This document shows, one piece after another, positions 22,791-35,604 of a stretch of DNA of 64,000 nucleotides (position 1 is its first letter; each line of letters opens with the position of its first letter). Source of the DNA: Mobula hypostoma. Lineage: Eukaryota. Location of the stretch: the NCBI RefSeq assembly GCF_963921235.1, contig NC_086108.1, positions 23,870,001 through 23,934,000 of the forward strand. Reading direction: 5' to 3'. The translations under genes were made by a program, and so were the position numbers. The notes under the pieces were generated by a model. It saw nothing but the letters and a program-made list of their open reading frames with translations. It was not told the DNA's origin and made no database searches.

Positions 22791-25253
22791 AAACCTCTGG
22801 GTTGACCAACATCCACAAGACAATCACAGCTCAGCAAAATGGAACGGGAGATAAAAGTTAATTACAAGGTAATGATCGACAACATCAAGCTCAGCTTTCA
22901 AAATTGTACAAGCAGCACTAAGAAAGAAATGCTGACAGGGATAATTATTTCAGAGACAGGCACAACTTAATCTAAGTCTATGCCACTTCTGGAAAAGAAT
23001 TCATAATTGTTCAATCATGCAGAATTTTAGGAGCCATCATGGAAGACCAACATTGTATTGCAGTTGCCAATATTTTAATATCAGATGCAAGAGATTTTAA
23101 GTTTGGCAAATACTGGCTTGTTGCCCAGAAGCCTCCCACAGAGGTCTCTGGTGAGCAGATGTTTAAGAGCACAAGAGAATATTTTGTTAGTAGTAATTAC
23201 AAATTCCTGATCAAACCCAATCTACAATTTCCCTAAATATTACTAAAAATAACAGTGATCAGGTTTTGATTGTTTAATATTCTGGTCGAATGACTGAATG
23301 TGAGACAAAACATGCCCCTATTAGTGGAAACCAAGGCTTCAGTCCCTTCAGAACTAACCACTTCATCCAGGACAAATCCAATGTGGCTTAGCAAAACCTT
23401 TGATGCAGGTGAGCTAGGGCCCGGGGGGAGCTCTGTTTGATTCCTTCCTGGAAGTATATGCTCCTTGTTTACTAAAAGGTAGCAGAAATTGTGGGCTGTC
23501 GGCCATGTGCACAATGTGCCTGGCAGAGACAATTTTACTCACCCGGGGTTGGAAGTTTAACATAAAAATAGCAAATACGCACCTAGAGGTTTCAGTCAAA
23601 ACAAAATCCCAAAATGTAATTTGATTTGGTGGAAAGGAAAATATCTGCTAAATAGCTTTAACTATGTATTTAATAGTTGCTGCTCTGAATATATAAGGGT
23701 GGAAGGAGCTTTGCGGGATTTTTGTTTTGATTTGCTGAACTTCCCCAGTCATTTCCTTTAATGGCTACGATCCCAAAGTACTTCTGGTATCTGGAAGGCT
23801 ATTTGATTACATGGAGAACCATGATAAAGCACATCCACGTGGAGTATCCACTTCACAAGATGTCTACGCACAAGTACTATGTCACTCAAGAGATCTAAAT
23901 CTGAAATACTCAGCCACCTGTCTTCTTGCTGCCCTGTTTGCTACAAAGCCTGCTGGGGTAAATCTAATCAATGGAATTCAGCATTAATGGGTTCTATAAC
24001 AAGCCATCATTTGAGATCATTATCAGGTTGAAAAGTTACACCCCACCCATCACCATATCTTTCCTCCACTTTCACTGATCTTATAGCGTGACCAACCTGC
24101 AACAGCATTGATAACATATAATAATCTTACATTGCCAACTAAACCTTGTGATTTTCAGCACAACACCCTAAATCTAAAATTCACCGGAAGGAATTCCATA
24201 TCAATTAGAGAAGAACTGATTTTATTGGTAGGAGCCAATGGTCATCAACAGATGAAATGGTTGGGGACAAAAACTGTAAATCTGCAATAGATTGATTTTC
24301 TGCTGTTTCTCCAAGGGGTTGCCAACATATAGTGGTCTTACATTGCTGAATGTTTGCACCCAAATTATACCTGCTCACCATTGGTACATACCTACTATAA
24401 CATAAAGCAACACTAAGGCTACTCAAACAGCACTGCATGAACTAATAACTTCCTATAACAGATCTGCCTCCAAACCATTAATTCAGTCACAGAGTATAAA
24501 TCCTAGAAATTCCCGCATTGTTGTATTATGTTCTTCAGAGCAGCATGATGGTTTATAAAGATGCCTCACTGCCACATTCTCAAGGGCATAAGAGATAAGT
24601 GCTAGCCTTGTCATCAGTTCCCACATTCTATCAATGAACCATAATACATCTGGAGGTTCTGACGGGGTGGCCTAACTGGACATGCTCCAGTGACAGAGAG
24701 CATCGTCTTCTTCACAATATATCCTGTGTTCTCTCAGTCATCAGAATTTTATTTTAATTGTTGGGGCAATTAAACTGAAACCATGTTCAGTGATACATGA
24801 TCATCTATTTGCATACTCCAGTCACTGAAGAAATCACATTAGAAGCAGAATGTGCACTGGTGCATGCAAGGTGACTGGATGAAGCATGGGGAGGAATTCT
24901 TCATTGGTAGCTGGCACTGAATGTGCAGTTAGCATATTGGTCCTCTAGTTTTTGATTTCAAAGAAATCAAATTTACCAAAGACTTTGCAATCTGTACCTG
25001 GTGCTTTCACACATGTTCAATGTAAGCTGTCAATGACAACACTTACCTACATAGATTGGCGGGTACAAAGTAAATTGGTGCATTAATAAAGTAGCACCAC
25101 TAGAGTCTGCTTTCCGTGTCCTGTAGGAATTGGCAAACATCGCTGGATTGAAAATGCCTGCAATCCTAAGTATAACTGAACACTTTGATATTCATAAGAG
25201 ACTTCACAATATTCACATTGATTTTTAAGATGGATTCCTCCAGTGGTGACTTT

Positions 25254-25759
25254 AGTCATAGTCATAGTCATAGTCATAGTCATACTTTATTAATCCCGGG
25301 GGAAATTGGTTTTCGTTACAGTTGCACCATAAATAATTAAATAGTAATAATACCATAAATAATTAAATAGTAATATGTAAATTATGCCAGGAAATAAGTC
25401 CAGGACCAGCCTATTGGTTCAGGGTGTCTGACCCTCCAAGGGAGGAGTTGTAAATTTTGATGGCCACAGGGAAGAATGATTTTCTATGATGCTCCATGTT
25501 CTATCTCGGTAGAAAGAGTCTCTGGCTGAAAGTACTCCTGTGCCCAACCAGTACATTATGTAGAGGATGGGAGACATTGTCCAAGATGGCATGCAACTTA
25601 GACAGCATCCTCTTTTCAGACACCACCGTCACAGAGTCCAGTTCCATCCCCACAGCATCACTGGCCTTACGAATGAGTTTGTTGATTCTGTTGGCGTCTG
25701 CTACCCTCAGCCTGCTGCCCCAGCACACAACAGCAAACATGATCGCACTGGCCACCACA
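25254..25759 (-). mobile_element. Young 5'-truncated Rex1/Babar-type LINE
   Basis: ORF 25501-25758 reads VASAIMFAVVCWGS...NRINKLIRKASDAVG...ILDNVSHPLH. It has an (ATGACT)n tail and TSD GACTTT at 25248-25253 and 25760-25765. Confidence 0.88.
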
Positions 25760-26892
25760 GACTTTGACTGTTAGTGCATTCACTCAAGGTGCCAGTTGGC
25801 CTCAGCACCACATGGCAAATGTTTTTCAATGACAATATTAGTCTTCCATTCTGTGATGGATGCATTTCCATTTCGTCCCCATTTCCTTATATTTTGAACA
25901 ATCTCAATCTTTGTCCAATTACTAACCCACATAAGTAATCACAGTTAAAACATGACCCAACTAACTGAAGGTCTGTAGAGTCTGAGATGTTTGCTGCAAT
26001 CTAGAAAACAGTCTTCATCACAGTGAGAAATCTCTGGATGATTGGAAACCTTGTTGCCACCTGGCAAACATTCAGTACTTCCATCATCCTTCAAAGAAAT
26101 ATTTATGCAATACTCCGCAAAAGTAAACAACTCCTAAACTTGGATCAACAATCCTTCATTCACTTGTTATATTCACGTTTCCTTATTTCATGAGGTGAGA
26201 CCATTTTGTCCATTAAATCCATGATAACCCTCAGAGTAATTCCCTCTATCTCCTTCCCCCACTTACTTTGTTGAAGGTTAGTCTCTCTCTCTTTCATGCT
26301 TGTTAACTCCCCCTGACTTTTTATTTTATTCCCCTCTATAATTAGGGACATATTGCAGTAATCAATTAACCTAGGGTGTTGTTGCAATATGGATGAAACC
26401 AGAGAACTGAGGAGGTCTGTTTGGTCCCAGAGAAAGTGTCCATATCACTGGAGCTGAAGGGACAACAGGTCTACCAGCCGCATCTCTGTCTACTTCATTC
26501 TTTCTCCTTAATGTCTCTCTCTACTTCCTGTAGCTTTTCATCTTTCCTCCAATATCCTTCCTTGGCCGCACTAGCTCACCTTCACTGTTTACTCAACTTG
26601 AGTTAGTGGAATCACATTCAACTGCTTTTGCAGTTCAGTAATCAATGACTCTCAACAGCATGACATCAAAAACACCACAAATTAATATTAATCAAATCCC
26701 TTTCAGGTAATCTGACACTGGTATTGGGTTTTAATGAGCAGTTTATGATGTGAAACCGCAGAACAATTTTTTTTTATTTCGAAGTATCTCTAAGAACATA
26801 CTCACTGGGAATTTATTTTCCAGATATGTGTGTTGGAATTAGGGGAGGAAGTCAGTGAGAGTTTCAAGTTAAAATTTTCACCATGGAAGAAC

Positions 26893-27800
26893 TAGAAAGA
26901 ACATAGAACAGTACAGCACAGGAACAGGCCATTCGGCCCACAATGTTATGCCAAACCAGCTAAAAAGTGAGTCAAAAACAGCCTAACACTAATCCCGCCT
27001 ATCTACGCAATGTGCATATTCCTCCAACCTCCTTACATCCATGTGTCTATCCAAACGTCTCTTGAAAGCCTCCAATGTATTTGCCTCTACCACCATAACT
27101 GCCACCACATTCCAGGGATTCATGACTCTCTGGGTCAAAAACTTACCCCTTGCATCCCTTTGACCATACCCCTTTTCACTTTCAATGTATGCTCTCTGGT
27201 ATTAGACATTTCAACCCTGGGAAACAGATGCTCTCTGTCCACTCTATCTATGCCTTTCATAATCTTGTAAACCTCTATCAGATCTCCCCTCAGCCTCTGA
27301 CACTCTAGAGAAAACAACCAAAGTTTATCTAGTCTCCTGTGATAAGACGTGCTTTCTAAACCAGGCAGTATCCTGGTAAACCTCTTCTGCACCCTCCCTA
27401 AAGCCTCAACATCCTTCCTATAGTGGGGTGATCAGAACTGAATGCAATACTCCAGATGAGGCCTAACCAGAGCTTTCTAAAGTTGCGACATAACCTCTTG
27501 ACTTTTGAACTCAAAGCCTTGACTAATAAAAGTAAGCATTCCATAAGCCTTCTTAACCACCTTATTGACCTGTGTAGCCACTTTCAAAGACATATGAACT
27601 TGGACGCCAAGGTCTCTCTGCTCAGCAACGCTGTTATGGGTCTTGCCCTTAACAGTGTGCTGTCTCCTTGCATTTGACCTGCCAAGGTGCAACACCTCAC
27701 ATTTATCTGGGTTAAACTCCATCTGCCATTTTTCTGCCCACATCTGCAACTGATCTATATTGTGCTGTATTATTTTCCCATGTTCTACACTATCCAGAGC
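26893..27800 (-). mobile_element. CR1 LINE 3' part
   Basis: ORFs 27477-27749 (WAEKWQMEFNPDKCEVLHLG) and 27135-27392 (RLRGDLIEVYKIMKG), with a CR1 tail near 26900. Confidence 0.95.
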
Positions 27801-27846
27801 TCCCCCAATCTTGGTGGAAAGAGCACAACACTTTCAAGTGACTTTC

Positions 27847-28465
27847 TGTCACCTATCGTACTGGACTCTGGAGGAGCAGTTCATCTGTACGAACATCACT
27901 TCCTGTGCATAAGCAGTTTTTTATGTCATTTCCTGCGCAGGTTAGCTTTTATTCTATTTGAAGTGCATGGTGGAAAAACATATATCTCCATCCACATTTT
28001 ATTTGCCCTTAAAATAGTAACAGCTGTGAGTCAAGCTTTTGGTAATATTGGTAAATATTTAGTAGATACATTTTGAAAGAAATATTATGTTTAAATTTGT
28101 CTTTGTGCCACATGTTTACTTATGTTTACCCTGTATAGTTAGGGAGTGTTGCATACGTGCTCTACCTTGGTTAACATTGGTTGTGAGAATGATCAACAAT
28201 ATTTGTATATTCAGGTGTGTTCTATATTGAATAGAATATGTATTTTACTTAACTCTCTGCAGTTTCACCGAAAAGAAATCTCATTAAAAACCTTGAGGAA
28301 ACTTCAGTTGTGTGATTTTTGAGAAGCTGTTTAGCTCGCTGTGTAGCTATGTACATATGGACAGTGAGGACAGTTAAGACTTACTGTATTTGCTTCAGTG
28401 AGTTTTACATCCTGCGTATGTACCAGGGAACTGCCACACATCCTCTCATCCCACCGGCTGTGACA
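27847..28465. mobile_element. Possible old solo LTR
   Basis: TGTCAC...GTGACA termini and ATTAAA near 28284. The flanks (gactttc and gactc) do not form a clean TSD. Confidence 0.3.
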
Positions 28466-28994
28466 GACTCGTTGACAGATCAAGTCTTGTGAGAAAAATT
28501 GTGAGATTTATTGTGACAGTCCCCAGTTTCTACAATGAGGGCCTCTCTTTTGACTTGACTGGGCAGAAATTAAGCCCACCAATCATTTTGAATAATATAC
28601 ACCTTTCTAATCAAAGTTATGAGTTGAACAGAAGGTTTTGGTCTCTGAGGTATACTGGCATCTGGCTTTGTAACTTGCCTGCTGGCTTCCAGCAGATATC
28701 CTAATTGTGCAGTTTGACCCCGAGTTTCTGCTTGTCAGTGTCCTAAGGTCTGGAATTCCCAAGCTAAAATCTATTTGCTTCCTTATTACTCTCATTTTAA
28801 ATGTCCCTTAAAATCCATTTCCAGTCTAATTTCACTTTGTTCATCTTGCAGTCTAATTTATTTAATTGAAGTTAGTGCAGTTAATAAAGACTAAGTGATG
28901 GCCAAAATAAGGGAGAATTTGTCTGCTTCCCCAGAAGTGTCATTTAATCCTTTATGTTCATAACAGAAATATCAATCATCTTAATACCAGAAGT

Positions 28995-29260
28995 TCAGAG
29001 TATAAAACTAGGGTCATTTCGCATTTCCGCATGGCGGCAAACGAAGTCCACAAAGAAAGAAAACGGTGGACGGGGATGATGATGCTTCCTTTTATACCTG
29101 TAACCTTCAGTTATCCACTGTTCTTGGATGTTGTTCAGTGGTTTCTCCACTAGAGGGGTTATTCCTCTTGCTCTGTCCAAGAAACTCAGCCTCAGTAGGT
29201 AGCCCTAATTTTATCTGCAGCTAACAGATCTATTGTCGGAACTGCAAGCTGCAAATTCTG
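28995..29260 (-). mobile_element. Isolated BEL/Pao-like gag fragment
   Basis: LSFLDRARGITPLVEKPLNNIQEQWITEGYRYKRKHHHPRPPFSFFVDFVCRHAEMRNDPSF resembles fish BEL/Pao gag-region proteins as I recall them. Confidence 0.6.
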
Positions 29261-30936
29261 TTTTTGATTTTTAAGGGACTAGAAGAATGAGGAGTGGCTT
29301 AAATTTAAACATACAAGATACTAAGGGGAACAAAATCCCACAGGGTACATATTGAGATTTTTCAGTCATTGGAAAGTAAAAACAAGAGGACAAGGTATTG
29401 GGCCTGTCACTTAAATGAAAATGTGTATGACATTTATGAGGCTTAATCTGAATTGAGTGACAAGGGCGCGGTGAAGCGTGGTACCTTGTTTACTGCTGCA
29501 TTGTTTCGCAGATGAGCTCTGCTGAAGTTTTCACACATTTGTGAGGTCAATAACCCTCTTTTGGTGATAGGGACCAGATCCGTCGAGTATCCTTCCTGAC
29601 AAGGACTTGCCTAGTTATTTCCTCCCAAAGCCCCTCCATTCTGAGCTTTCTCAGCACCAGAGTGTGCAGAACCTCCCTGAAAGTGTCAGATGAGTTGAAG
29701 AAATTGGTTCTGTGCCTGTACTGTTCACCAGGCAAAGTAGCAGGTTCCCATATTGATTGGATTCATTCACTGCTTCCCCTCGTAGCTGTAACTAGGAGGA
29801 GAATTAGGCCAGATTAATTTCAGCTGCTGAAAATATTTGGGTGAGTATGCAAAAGTGGGGAAAACATCATGACTGACATCTCCTCAACACTTGAATCACT
29901 GCATAAGACAATTGCACCAGGATCATGACCAAGCAGTGCCAATTACACCATTGAGCGTCCCTGTGTTGGGGCATTCTACCGCATGTTTTCATAGACAACT
30001 GAATTTCTGGGTAATTGAGCCTTTCAGATATTGTGACTCCTGATTTGCATTCAAAGCTATTAACTTCAGCCTGAATGCTACAAAAATAACACATTTTCCT
30101 GTGAAAGGAACACTACTAAAATAAAGGTAATGATGAACAGATACATAGCCTATAACCAACGTTAGCCATTGTCCTTCTGAGATAAACGAAAATCAGTTGT
30201 GATAAATCTCTCCTTAAAAGGCTATGAGGCTTTGAATTCAGTGGAAATGTTACTCTTCAATAATAGTGTCATAGTTCAGAATGTAGGCTGTTGGGATGAA
30301 GGAGGAGTTTCACTATTTGAGCTTGTGTTGACATTTCACTTGTAGATATGCAAAATGCTTCATTACCATCATTTTATCACAAAGGGATAAATTATCCATT
30401 TTGGTTGGTTTCCATTTCCTCTGCACCTGGATTTCACTCTTAGCAACTGCTGATACCCTGAAGACAACTATTATCTTCTCAACAATCCGACTATTAAAAT
30501 ACTGAAGTAAACCGGGTGCATAATTTCAGCACTACAGGACTGAAAAACTCACACCATGATCACTTTCCATTTCTATGTTTGAATGCAATTGTGACTGGTA
30601 TATCAATTAACATGAGAAGGAAGGATTTTGTTCGATGTGCTTTGGTCCCTTAAAGGAGTTATCGTGACAGAAATTTAACTCTGAATCCTTACACTGAGCA
30701 CAGCTAAGATGCCCAAAATTGAACAGCATGATCTAGAATGAAAATCTGTATCCAAAGGTGTGGGATATGCAGAATTTATTTAATCACATTACCTCAGTGC
30801 TACAAATAGTATTCAAACAGCTGCAATGAAAGATAATGGTCACCTTTCTCTGCGTCACTGTTACACTGCTGAACAACTAATCTTTTGGTAATCTGGACCT
30901 TCTGTGATACATAGAGAGTATATTGTATGCTCAAAT

Positions 30937-31880
30937 GTTCAAAGTTCAAAGTGAATTTATTATCAAAGTACATTCATGTCACTGTATACAACCCTGAGAT
31001 TCATTTTCTTGTGGGGATTCACAGTAAATAAAAGAACCAATAGAATCAATGAAAGACTACACCCAGCAGGATAGACAAGTGACCTGTGTGCAAAGGACAA
31101 CAAACTGTGCAAATACAGAAAGAAAATAATAATAGCAATAAATAAATAAGCAATAACTATTGCGAACATGAGATGAAGTATCCTTGAATGTGACTCTGTA
31201 GGTTGTAGGGAAAATTTCAATAATGGGATGAGTCAAGCTGAGTGAAGTTATCCACTCTGGTTCAAGAGTCTGATGGTTGGGGATAACTGCTCTGGAACCT
31301 GGTAGTGTGAGTCCTGAGGCTCCTCTACATTCTTCCTGATAGCAGCAGTGAGGAGAGAGCATAGCCTGGATGTTGGGGGTCCTTGATGATGGATGTTGCT
31401 TTTCTGTGACAGTGCTCTGTGTAGATGCGCTCAGTGGAGAGGGCTTTACCCTTGATGGACTGGGCTGTATCCATTTTTTCTGTATGTTTTTCCATTCAAA
31501 GGCTTTGATGTTTCCATACCAGGCTGTGATTCAACCAGACAATATACTCTCCACCACATATCTATGGAAGTTTGTCAAAATGTTAAAAAAATGTGTAAGC
31601 TTCTAAGAAACAAGAGGCAGTGCCATGCTTTCTTCATAATGATTCTTAGGTGCTGGACCAAGGGTTGATCCTCTGAAATGATAACACCGAGGAATTTAAA
31701 GTTGCTGACCATCTCCACCTCTGATTCCCCGTTGAGAACTGGCTCCTCCTCCTGAAGCAATAATCAGCTCCTTGGTCTCACTGACATTGGGTGAGAGGGT
31801 TGTTGTCGGCCAGATTTTCGATCTCCCTCCTATAAGCCGATTCAACACCATCTCTTTGGATTCAGCCAATCTACCGTCTT
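30937..31880 (-). mobile_element. Decayed Rex1/Babar-type LINE 3' part
   Basis: Minus reads NVSETKELI and VEMVSNFKFLGVIISED...KKAWHCLLFLRSL, with a tail aataaattcactttgaactttgaac. Confidence 0.85.
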
Positions 31881-33626
31881 CCCACAACCTGTGAGATTTC
31901 CACAAGTCTAGCCAGGTGTCACCCATTCTTCATTGAGCTTAATTTTTTTTTGGCATAAATTCTAGGTTTTTGGGGAGGTTGTGAGGTCATCTGAACCTTT
32001 TTTCCTTCAGTACTCAACCGAATAAATGCACTATGTAAAACCTTGGTACCTTGTTACGTTTCGAGTATTGAACATAATAGAGGCAGTTTTTGAAAATACT
32101 TCAGCACAATCACAATCACAGGAATGTTACTTTATAACAGGCCATCACTGTAGAATAAAGAAATACCTCTACTAGGCAACGATTTCAAATTAGGGAGGTT
32201 TTGTGATAATACATTTACATTACATGTACGGTGTCACAGCAGCAGAAATTAAATTTTCACAATTTTTAATAAGATTATGTATCATTTTCCTATTTTAATT
32301 AACCTTCAGAATGCAGTACTATGATTGCATTGGGATAGACAGTCATTAATACAACCCTGTCTTTGACCTGCTCTCTGTTATTGTCCCAGCACAAATGTGA
32401 CAATTAACTTCCTAAACTGTCAACTGTTCTGTCTGGAAAGTAATTACTGCCATACGTGAAAAATTGGTGCACTGCTTGAGAAGTGCCCAAGAAATCCAAC
32501 CGCCTTTGCTAAGGTAAGCCCTGTTGAACATTCAAGATAACCTTTTCATATGAATCAGCTTAGGGGAGGTTTCGATCCTAGGATACTTGTGTCATTTTTG
32601 CCCACGGTCTCATATCCTGTGAGTTTCATCTCAGCACTATTACATTGTTATTTTCCTGTTACTGAGAGGCAGCCACAATACCAATCAGCAGTCAGGTGAG
32701 GAATATGGCACTCAAGCAGAACCCGTTGATTTTGATTGGGTCATTGTACAGAGGTTTAACATTGTACTAGAGTACCACACAGCAATCCATTATAGAACTG
32801 GTGAATTTAACAGTTCATAATCTGTTCAGCTCAGCTGTTGAGTAACAATTTTTGTTTGTGTACTTCACAGCCTTCTCCTGCACCTATCTCAAACCTACAT
32901 TAGAAACATCATCAATTGTGCATTTGTAAGCACAGTTATAATGCAGTGAAGTCTATGCACAATTACATTTAAGATGCTGGGACTTCATGACCATAGAGAT
33001 GGAAAGGTTGATTTTTCCAACAAAGCGCTGAAGTTTTATCCACAAAAGAGGAAAATAATTCATCTTAGCACAGATGATGTCTTCCCACCATCAGCTGCAT
33101 ACTCAATGACATCATGGCTTCTATGACGAATGTTTCCTGCATTGCCTATTTAATACAAACCCACAATGGAAATTAAATACTTACTAAATAAACCAAGTGC
33201 ATTTTGAGCTGGGATCAACAAATTGGTGCCTATTAAAGATTTTGCATAATGACACCACTGTCTTGCATACAGCATCTGCCAACCTCAGTTTTCAATGCTC
33301 CAGTTATGTTTTTAATGCAAACCCCACTGACTGTCCCGTAAACGCCCTGCATTTTGCAATGGCATGGGAAACATTGATATTATTGTACCTGATTGGAGCA
33401 GACCATCATCGAGAAGTGCCCAAATTTACAGAAGATTGCCATGTTCCTCTCCTCCAACTCCTTTTCTTGCTGTTTTTTCTCTCTTCCTATGACGCTGCCA
33501 TGGGAAAGCATCTGACACACATTGCGGTGATCATTACAGTAGTGATAACTCTATAGCCAGATCTTCGTACATCTCCTGATGGTTACTGCTCAGGACCTGT
33601 TTTATTGCATGACTCTAGGTACAAAA

Positions 33627-33639
33627 TGCCACCTAGTGG
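33627..33639 (-). promoter_or_regulatory. Candidate CTCF site
   Basis: Minus strand CCACTAGGTGGCA fits the CTCF core consensus and lies outside any repeat I recognised. Motif match only. Confidence 0.45.
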
Positions 33640-33666
33640 ATTTTTACAGGAGATATGATTGGGATT

Positions 33667-34385
33667 TGAATTGAATTGAACTTATTATTTACCTCCTTCA
33701 TATACATGAGGAGTAAAAATCTTTACGTTACATCTCCATCTAAATTTGCAATGTGCATTTTATAGTAATTTATAATAAATATTATGTACAACAGGACAGT
33801 CAATACAGCATAGAAGTACAGTTGCGTCAGCATGAATTAAGCAGTCTGATGGCCTGGTGGAAGAAGCTGTCTGAGAGCCTATTGGTCCTGGCTTTTATGT
33901 TGCGGTAACGTTTCCTGGATGAGAGCAGCTGAAACAGTTTGTGGTTGGTGTGACTTGAGTTCCCCAATGATCCTTTGGGCCCTTTTTACACACCTGTCTT
34001 TGTAAATGTCCTGAATAGTGGGAAATTCACATCTACAGATTCATTGGGCTGTCCGCACCACTCTCTGCAGAGTCCTGCGATTGAGGGAAGTACAGTTCCC
34101 ATATCAGGTAGTGATGCAGCCAGTCAGAATGCTCTCAATTGTGCCCCTATAGAAAGTTCTTAGGATTGGGGGCCCATACCCAACTTCTTCAACTGTCTGA
34201 GGTGACAGTGGCACTGTTGTGCATTTTTCACCACAGAGCTGGTGTGTACAGACCACGTGAGGTCCTTGGTGATGTTTATGCTGAGGGACTTAAATCTGTT
34301 CACCCCCTCAACCCCAGATCCATTGGTGTCAGTAGGGACTGGCCTGTCTCCATTCCTCCTATAGCTCCTTTGTTTTTGCGACATT
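33667..34385 (-). mobile_element. Rex1/Babar-type LINE 3' part
   Basis: ORF 34160-34396 reads VEGVNRFKSLSINITKDLTWSVHTSSVVKNAQQ...LRQLKKLGM, with a (ttcaa)n tail near 33670. Confidence 0.85.
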
Positions 34386-34469
34386 GAGCACCTCAAAAGT
34401 GTGAAATCTATTTTCCAGGCAATGCTATCTGCAACCTAAAAAATGCTGCTTAGGTCTAACTAATCCATG

Positions 34470-34770
34470 CTAGTGGGAGAGTCATGAACAAGGAGATATT
34501 ATTACAAAATAAGGAGCTGGTCATTTGAAATTAAGGTGTGGAGAAATTTCTTTTGCCGAAAGGTAGTGAATCTCTGAAATTCTCCATCTCTAAGAGGGAT
34601 AGAGGGCAGATCATTAGAAATATATGAGGCAGAGATAGATAAATTTTGAACGAGTGTACAATTGAGGGAACTGACACAGAAGTGGAGTTGTGGTCCGGAT
34701 AGATCCGCCATGACGATATTGAAAGGCATGGTGGGCCTGAGGGATATGATGGCCTACTCCTATTACTTTC
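34470..34770 (+). mobile_element. Old CR1 3' end
   Basis: Contains ggagaaatttcttttgccgaaaggtagtgaatctctgaaattctc...tggcctactcct. Confidence 0.7.
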
Positions 34771-35604
34771 TACCTGTGCTGCTGTGCTCTCATTTATCCC
34801 TGTGGCCCCAGATTACTCAGTTTTTCTGTATCCTGCTTAAACACTTTCTTTGTGCGGGGGAAAGTATGTGGCTTTATTTTTGTTCATGTGTAGCACTGCA
34901 TTTAACTGTTTCATCAGTCAATACACAAGGTAAGTAATGAGATCTTTGTTTTCTCATTGTTTTCTATTGAATGAACACCACCACACAATTTGGGCTCTTA
35001 ATCAATGCTGAAATTCTTGATTCCTGATTCCAAATTATTGATATAGCTGAAGAGCAATAGTGTTTCCTGTACTATTCCTTGCCACCCAAATAACTGATTT
35101 AGCACTTTCTCTCAGTCTCCCTTTTGAAAGCAACTTTCTAATTGTTACACCATTTCTGATAACATGATCTACATACAGATATGAGAACAATATTGGACCT
35201 TATCAAAGGTTTTTTTTTGGAATACACTGTATACACTGTGTGTAGTCACTCAGCCTATTTCTGGCTCTAAGGTACGAGGCTATCTGCTGAACTGAACATC
35301 TAGGAATGCAGAAATTTCTCCCAGCAAAAACAGAAACTATTGTTTTCAGTGTCTGCCACAGATTCCTTTCCTATTGACAGTCCTATCTTCAGCTAGGCTT
35401 TGGAATTTAATTCCTGAACCGTTCTCTTTTCTTTAAAGATGTCAGTTTATCATAAGTTTGATTATATTTTCAAACTCTTTCCTAATATTCCCCTTTACAT
35501 CCAAATGTCAAATATTGATAAAATTTTTAATATTACTGTAATGTGATCTGCACCTTTTGAAATGTATTTTAATGCTGCATAGATTTCATAAGAAGTGTTC
35601 CAAC

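Noticed and set aside
25255..25283. Short tandem array (AGTCAT)n as CRISPR-like or a coding MT repeat
   Set aside because: It is the microsatellite tail of the Rex1-type LINE. There are no spacers and the context is eukaryotic.
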